Below, in pieces: positions 58,469 through 64,000 of a stretch of DNA of 64,000 bases (position 1 is the first letter of the stretch; each line of letters starts with the position of its first letter). Origin of the DNA: Macrostomum hystrix (Eukaryota; Animalia; Platyhelminthes); the NCBI GenBank assembly GCA_950097015.1, contig CATNEN010000024.1:868001-932000 (forward strand), in the 5' to 3' direction. The notes under the pieces are model-generated. The model did not search any database. It was not told where the DNA came from and saw only the letters and a program-made list of their open reading frames with translations. A program made the position numbers and the translations under genes.

Positions 58469-60346
58469 TTAGGGGCATTTCTTTTCAATAAGCGATTTTC
58501 CAGACTCCTCGTATTCCTGTTTGGATAGCCACATCTGCTGGAAGGTGCCAAGCGAGCCGAGGATCGAGCCGCCAATCCAGCTGGCGAATCTGCGCTCCGA
58601 CGAGCTGGTCGACGCCAGCAGCTTCAATCGGAGAGTCGGCGCCGCTCTGGCCGTCAGGTCGCGCTGCAGCCGATCTGTGAAGCCCTTCAATAGGCTATTG
58701 CCGCCGACTACAACAATGCTGGAGTACAGAGACTGGCGAATTTCAACGTCGCAGCGTTCGACACTGGTGCGCAGGCAGTGGGGCACGCTGAGCATTGAAT
58801 TGCCGGAGGATTCGGATAGAAAATTGGCCGGATCGAATAGCGCCTCGGTTAGGCGAAAGCGCTGATAACCAAAGTCGATGTTGTAGCCGTTCGGAAATTC
58901 GTAGGGCACAGTTGGCATTGTTTCAGCTGTTGCCTGCGGGGAGTGGAAGGCAAATTATTCATAAGTAGGCGGCTTCTTGTGTTTAGGCCTCATAAATCTG
59001 ATTGGAACACACCTGAGATTCCTTGATAGTGTCACACCTGAGATTCCTTGATAGTGTCACACCTGAGATTCCCAAAGTGCAGGATCATCACACCTGAGAT
59101 TCCCAAAGTGCAGGATCATCACACCTGAGATTCCCAAAGTGCAGGATCATCACACCTGAGATTTCCAAAGTGCAGGATCATCACACCTGAGATTCCCAAA
59201 GTGCAGGATCATCACACCTGAGACTCCCAAAGCGCAGGATCATCACACCTGAGATTCCCAAAGTGCAGGATCATCACACCTGAGATTCCCAAAGCGCAGG
59301 ATCATTACACCTGAGACTCCCAAAGCGCTGGATCATCACACCTGAGACTCCCAAAGCGCAGGATCATCACACCTGAGATTCCCAAAGCGCAGGATCATCA
59401 CACCTGAGATTCCCAAAGCGCAGGATCATCACACCTGAGATTCCCAAAGCGCAGGATCATCACACATGAGATTCCCTGGGCTTACCTGATCATACGGCTC
59501 GTCAATGCACTGCAGCACGGTGGCGGCCACATCCTGCAGCAGGCTGCGCACCATCAGGTCATGATAAGATCGCGTAATACCCTGCGGCAGCTTCTTGGCC
59601 TCCCAAACTGGCAGGCCGCCCTCCTCAACCCTGGTCTTGGAGGCAATGCGATAGACCGGTACCGGCTCAATCTTGTGCTGCTGGCGCAGATAATTATCCA
59701 GCTGGCGAACTAGAAAGTCACCGCCTAGCGGACTGCGCATAATGCCATGGGAGACAACGTAGCCGTCGAATACTGGGACGGCGTGGGTGCCGGAGGCGCC
59801 AGAGTCCAGCACTAGGCCGGTGGCTTTGCCATTGGCGAAGCAGGCTAGCACAGCCTGTTTGCAGGTGAAGAAAGCCGGTACGCGATATTTTTCAAAGGCC
59901 AATTCGCACAGCTTCTCCCGTTTAGCTTTAGTGTTCCAATTGGCCTCGCTGACAATGAGCGGGTGCTCCTCCGGCGAGCACTGCAACTCGTGCTTGTACA
60001 GATAGTCCAGAGTGCACTCGAACAGGTCCCAGTCCTCGATCATGCCGTCCTTGCTGATGGATTGAATCTCCATGCCGGGTCTTGGCACGCTAATCTGATT
60101 GGTGCCGTGGTAGACTCTAGGCGGCTGCTGCTGCTGCTTTGGCGACTTCGACTCCGTCGGGCCGTCGACATTTGGAGCGGCTTCAACGGAGGCAGCCGAG
60201 ATGGCCGGACAGCAGCCGACGAAGGCTGGCAGGTCGGTCTTGGGCATGTCTTCGCCGGCAAATCCGGCTCGGATGGTGTGCGAGCCGACGTCCAAGACGA
60301 TTGCTCCGACTTCGTCGCCGCCGTACATGTTGCCGCCGGAAGTCAT
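58469..60346 (-). CDS. ACTL6A: Actin-like protein 6A (BAF53A/Arp4), ~441 aa, 2 exons
   Basis: Exons 60346-59486 and 58933-58469 (phase 0). MYGGDEVGAIVLDVG, GMIEDWDLFE, NTKAKREKLCELAFEKY, MPTVPYEFPNGYNIDFG, ERRFASWIGGSILGSLGTFQQMW, EKKCP are Arp4-type rather than conventional actin. Confidence 0.95.
59005..59470. repeat. 31-bp intronic minisatellite (CACACCTGAGATTCCCAAAGTGCAGGATCAT), ~14 copies
   Basis: Fills most of the single ACTL6A intron, starting ~10 nt after the donor. Confidence 0.96.
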
Positions 60347-60544
60347 ATTGGTGTTTCAATAATCAAATTTTGTTGACTAGCGAACTGCAAATTTGGACGG
60401 CAGATTGCGGACTGTTCTACTTAAACTCTCTTAGGATGGCAGTAGGATGGTACGTTGTGAAGTCTTTTACCTGAATGCTGCGATTATTAACAGTAGAAAG
60501 ACCAAGGGGAAAATCAAATACCCACATAATGTTTTTTTCTGTAT

Positions 60545-60780
60545 CGCCTAAGACATGCAACCAATCGTATAAAAATTCTGCTCATATCCGATGAAACAAC
60601 TTCCAGAATCACAAAGCATAGGCAGCGTCGAGATATTCAACGATTCTCGTCGGGGTGTCTGGTGGCAAAAACTTTTTGCTCACAAAATTTTATGACGTAA
60701 TCATGTCGGCTACTATTGTTGCCTCTTCGACAAGAATCGTTGAATATCTCGATGTTGCTGACGTCAGACGGCTTTGAAAG
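60545..60780. repeat. Dispersed repeat family C copy with a ~30-bp internal inverted repeat
   Basis: CAGCGTCGAGATATTCAACGATTCTCGTCG (60623-60652) pairs with CGACAAGAATCGTTGAATATCTCGATGTTG (60728-60757). Confidence 0.7.
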
Positions 60781-61371
60781 TTAGTTCATGAAAATCGGTC
60801 ATTCGGTTGGGAGCTATCGTGAGGGCAGTGGGTATTTGAAATATGCCCGGTTGTCTTTCCCCATCGGACGAATAGCGTGGTCTTTGTACTGCTCAGGAGA
60901 AGAAAGCTCAAATCATAATTAAACAGCGGAAGAAATAATATGCCATTTGCAGACACCGATCGTTTCATTTTTTACTTGACACTTTCAGAAAGCGAATGCA
61001 CAGTGTGGTTGACTGTGACGATAGCAAAAGAAACAAATTATAACATTTAAACTGAACTATTTGAAACATTCCACAATAAAAACTATAAAAAGACGGATTA
61101 GCACAAAGACAATCGATTAGGACACATGTTATTTAGTTCGAAAAGTGGCATTATAAATTACTGTATTAACGATAGTTTCTTATATCAATACATGACGCTC
61201 AGGACATTATAAAAGACGATTACAGTAAAAAAATGCAAATTAATAACTCACGCATTTTAATTAGCAGTTTATGAGTATTCTTTTTACGTAGCGAATACAT
61301 AGTGCTTATAGATTTCCTATTCCTAATTGGCAGTTGTTAATTCTATTGGAAAACTAAGCGACTTTGACAGA

Positions 61372-64000
61372 TTAGTCTATGGTGATAATGTCGCGATTAA
61401 TTTTAATCTTCTTTCTAGTAGTCGAGGCAGACGGAGGCGACGGCGGACTTGCCGAAGGCGCAGCAGCGGTGAGGTCGATGGTCGGAGGTTCGTTTCCCAG
61501 CTTAGCAGCCTGCTCCTCAGCCAGAGACCGGTGCTTCCTATAATCCAGCATTTCCAAATCCGAATCCTCGCTAACAAACTCTTCAACAGCATTACCATCC
61601 TGAAATGACTCGGAATCGGATTGAGAATAGCTGGCCCCGTCATCCGAGCCAGTCCAGGACGAACGGGACTCGGACGTGCCGGACGAATCCGACAGGCTGT
61701 CCGATCCGCGGCGCTTTCTAGCGCTATCCCGATGCGACCGAGACGACCTGCCGCCGGATCGCCTATCACTGTGCCGCCTGGCCTTCTTAGCCGAGCCGTC
61801 CGACTGGCGATGCTTCCTCTTCTTCTTTTTCAGCTTCTTCTTTTTCTTCTGCTTCTTTTCAGATTTCGCTTTTCTCTCGTGCTTGCGCTTTGTTGCGCGT
61901 CTGTCAGCAGCCACGGAGCCGCCCGAGTTGCCTGGCTGAGCAGCTGAGGCGGCGGGAACTACGGCCACGTTAGCCGGGACTCCGGCTGAAGCCAGCACTA
62001 ATCGATGATTGGCACTGGCCGTTGGCAACTGAGCAGACTGTAACTGCTCCGGCGCTGCCATGAACTGCAATGCCGGCATATAGTGCACAGGCGGCGCGCA
62101 TGAAACCGCAGGCGGATCCGCAGTAGAAATTGGTTGCATAACTGGCGGCTGGTTTGACATGACGTAATAATAGGGCGCGCCAGGCAGAGTAGCGTACATA
62201 GGCTGATAATTTGCCGGATAGAATGGTGGCTGCTGCTGCTGAATGACATCTGCAGGCGCACCAGGGTAATAGGCCCCACCCGCAATGGGCAGCTGCGGTT
62301 GCTGGACAGTGAAAGGAGAATATAGATAAAATTCTATTTGATTTAAACAAATTGAGCTACTTTCAACGATCTTTAATTTACTAAGTTATTGATTGATGAG
62401 CATAGAAAAACTTTTCTAAAAATCCTAAGGTACTTATTACAAGCACTTAGGGGGTCAGTGACTGAGCGGTTAACGGGTTTACCACTCGCACCAATGTCCC
62501 TGAGCTCGTTTTGCCGCGGTGAGGCCACATTCATTTGGGGCGCAGCCGCGGAGAGAAGGCTTGGGGGCTTGTCGTGCAATTGACACCCTTGAGGGCCAAC
62601 CTCCAAGGCACAGTGAAATGTACACTGACTGACGATGAGAAAGTCAGGGCAGATGTACACACCTATGTAAGAGTGTGCCTGCGTGCGTGTGCTCAGGAGT
62701 CAGCGAAATGGGCAGAATTGTCTCCTCGTTGGCTGCGGGTCTAGTATCACCAAATGACGTGCCATTGCCCGCAGCCCTCCTGCAATCATTAATATTAAAT
62801 GTCACTTACTAACGAGGCAGAAAATTGTGGAGGCATTGCGCTAGACAGCGGTTGGGACTGAGGCGTAGGCGGCAGCGCTGCGACCGCACCGTGAGGCGCC
62901 GGCCGAGCAATACCAACTGGTCGAAGGCCAGAATCAACAGTGGAGACGGAGGCTTCCGCTTGCTGAGCAGGCGCCTGAAGCTGAGCCTGCCATTGAAAAA
63001 ATGCTGCTTTTTGAGGCATTTGAGCCTGGGGTACCTGAGCTCGCACTTGCGGTATTTGAGCACGTACTTGCGGCTGCGGTGCCTGAGTACGCATTTGCGG
63101 TATTTGAGCACGTACTTGCGGCTGCGGTGCCTGAGCACGCACCTGCTGAGCTTGAGCACGTACTTGCGGCTGCGGTGCCTGAGCACGCACTTGCTGAACT
63201 TGAGCACGAACTTGCGGCTGCGGTACCTGAGCACGCACCTGCTGCCCTTGAGCACGTACTTGCGGCTGCGGTACCTGAGCACGCACCTGCTGCCCTTGAG
63301 CACGTACTTGCGGCTGCGGTGCCTGAGCACGCACCTGCTGAACTTGAGCACGCACTTGCGGCTGCGGTACCTGAGCACGCACCTGCTGCCCTTGAGCACG
63401 TACTTGCGGCTGCGGTGCCTGAGCACGCACCTGCTGAACTTGAGCACGTACTTGCATTTGCGGTGCCCCTGAACGCATCTGAGTCACCAAAGGTGTCTGA
63501 GTTGTTGGCAACCCAGAAAACTGAGGACGCACCCCTGAGGAGGCATCCGACTTGGGGGGACAAACGTTGCCTGTCTGAGAAGCGACACGTTTAATGCCGT
63601 GCCCTTGCACGTCAGAAATTGCCGGAGATGGTAATGGAGGAGGCGTACTTGGTGGCGGAGAGGTAGCAGGATCGCTGTGTGACCATTTAGCAATAAGGTC
63701 CCGCGCCCAGTCCGGCATATGGACAGACAGCACCTTTTCCTCAGTGGCTGGCGGTGCGGCTAGCCGTCGCTTGGTAGGCGTAATTTTTTTCTGCTCCTGC
63801 TGCGCCTGAACTTTCACTTTTTTTTCAGAATCCACTTCGGGTTCGGGACTAACTTCTCTAAGTAAGGTCTGTAACAATTCGTCTTTCTGCGCTTTGCTCA
63901 AGGACTGTCTGGTCTCTTTAACTGTGGATGGCTGATCCGACACCGGCATGCGTCTGACGCGGCTAGGCACAGGCGTCGACGTTAAAGCGGCAGGCATTTG
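61372..64000 (-). CDS. Unknown low-complexity protein (Pro/Gln repeat region; Lys/Arg/Ser-rich then acidic C-terminus), 5' end probably outside the window
   Basis: Exon >63997-62810 (TTA|gtaagt) joins exon 62301-61372 in phase 0 with an open frame. Contains a 16-aa QVRAQ repeat and the basic tract KKQKKKKKLKKKKRKHR. No recognisable globular domain. Confidence 0.72.
62452..62795 (+). mobile_element. SINE family A, full-length, antisense within an intron
   Basis: GGGGTCAGTGACTGAGCGG A box, degenerate B box, full body, AT-rich tail ending ~10 nt from the donor at 62809. Confidence 0.88.
63020..63470. repeat. 48-bp coding tandem repeat (16 aa, QVRAQVQQVRAQAPQP), ~9 copies
   Basis: Direct reading of the DNA and protein period. 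Confidence 0.92.

Noticed and set aside
58469-60346. Conventional actin
   Set aside because: The N-terminus (MYGGDEVGAIV), insertions and C-terminal EKKCP are characteristic of Arp4/BAF53.
63001-63594. Plus-strand 197-aa AAAVPEHAPAELEHVL ORF (overlapping antisense gene)
   Set aside because: Explained by the stop-free reverse complement of the 48-bp coding repeat; no ATG or splice support. The minus-strand frame is open for >1.1 kb and splices in frame.

Overview
Eukaryotic, intron-rich animal genomic DNA. GC-rich Ala/Gln-rich exons, minisatellite-filled introns and tRNA-derived SINEs suggest a free-living flatworm such as Macrostomum; this is an inference. Nine protein-coding genes were rebuilt by hand from splice sites and reading-frame phase: (1) a single-coding-exon SREB/GPR85-like class A GPCR; (2) a 14-exon type I membrane protein with 11 divergent CUB domains, one TM helix and a tyrosine/proline motif-rich cytoplasmic tail; (3) a secreted PAN/apple + ALK/LTK-type glycine-rich protein with no TM or kinase; (4) VPS33A; (5) PSMD6/Rpn7, with a GC-AG last intron; (6) synergin gamma; (7) a secreted five-follistatin/Kazal protein resembling the N-terminus of agrin; (8) ACTL6A/Arp4; (9) a partial low-complexity gene of unknown function. 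About 30 unrelated tandem-repeat arrays (mostly one family per intron), two SINE families, a 0.9-kb foldback element and small MITE-like pieces fill the non-coding space. The most interesting signal is the CUB receptor. Its tail carries repeat-amplified YxN, DEY and SH3-type docking motifs like a transmembrane adaptor, and its signal peptide has no genomic ATG but follows an in-frame splice acceptor, consistent with an initiator AUG supplied by a flatworm spliced leader. Coordinates were counted manually and repeat boundaries are approximate.
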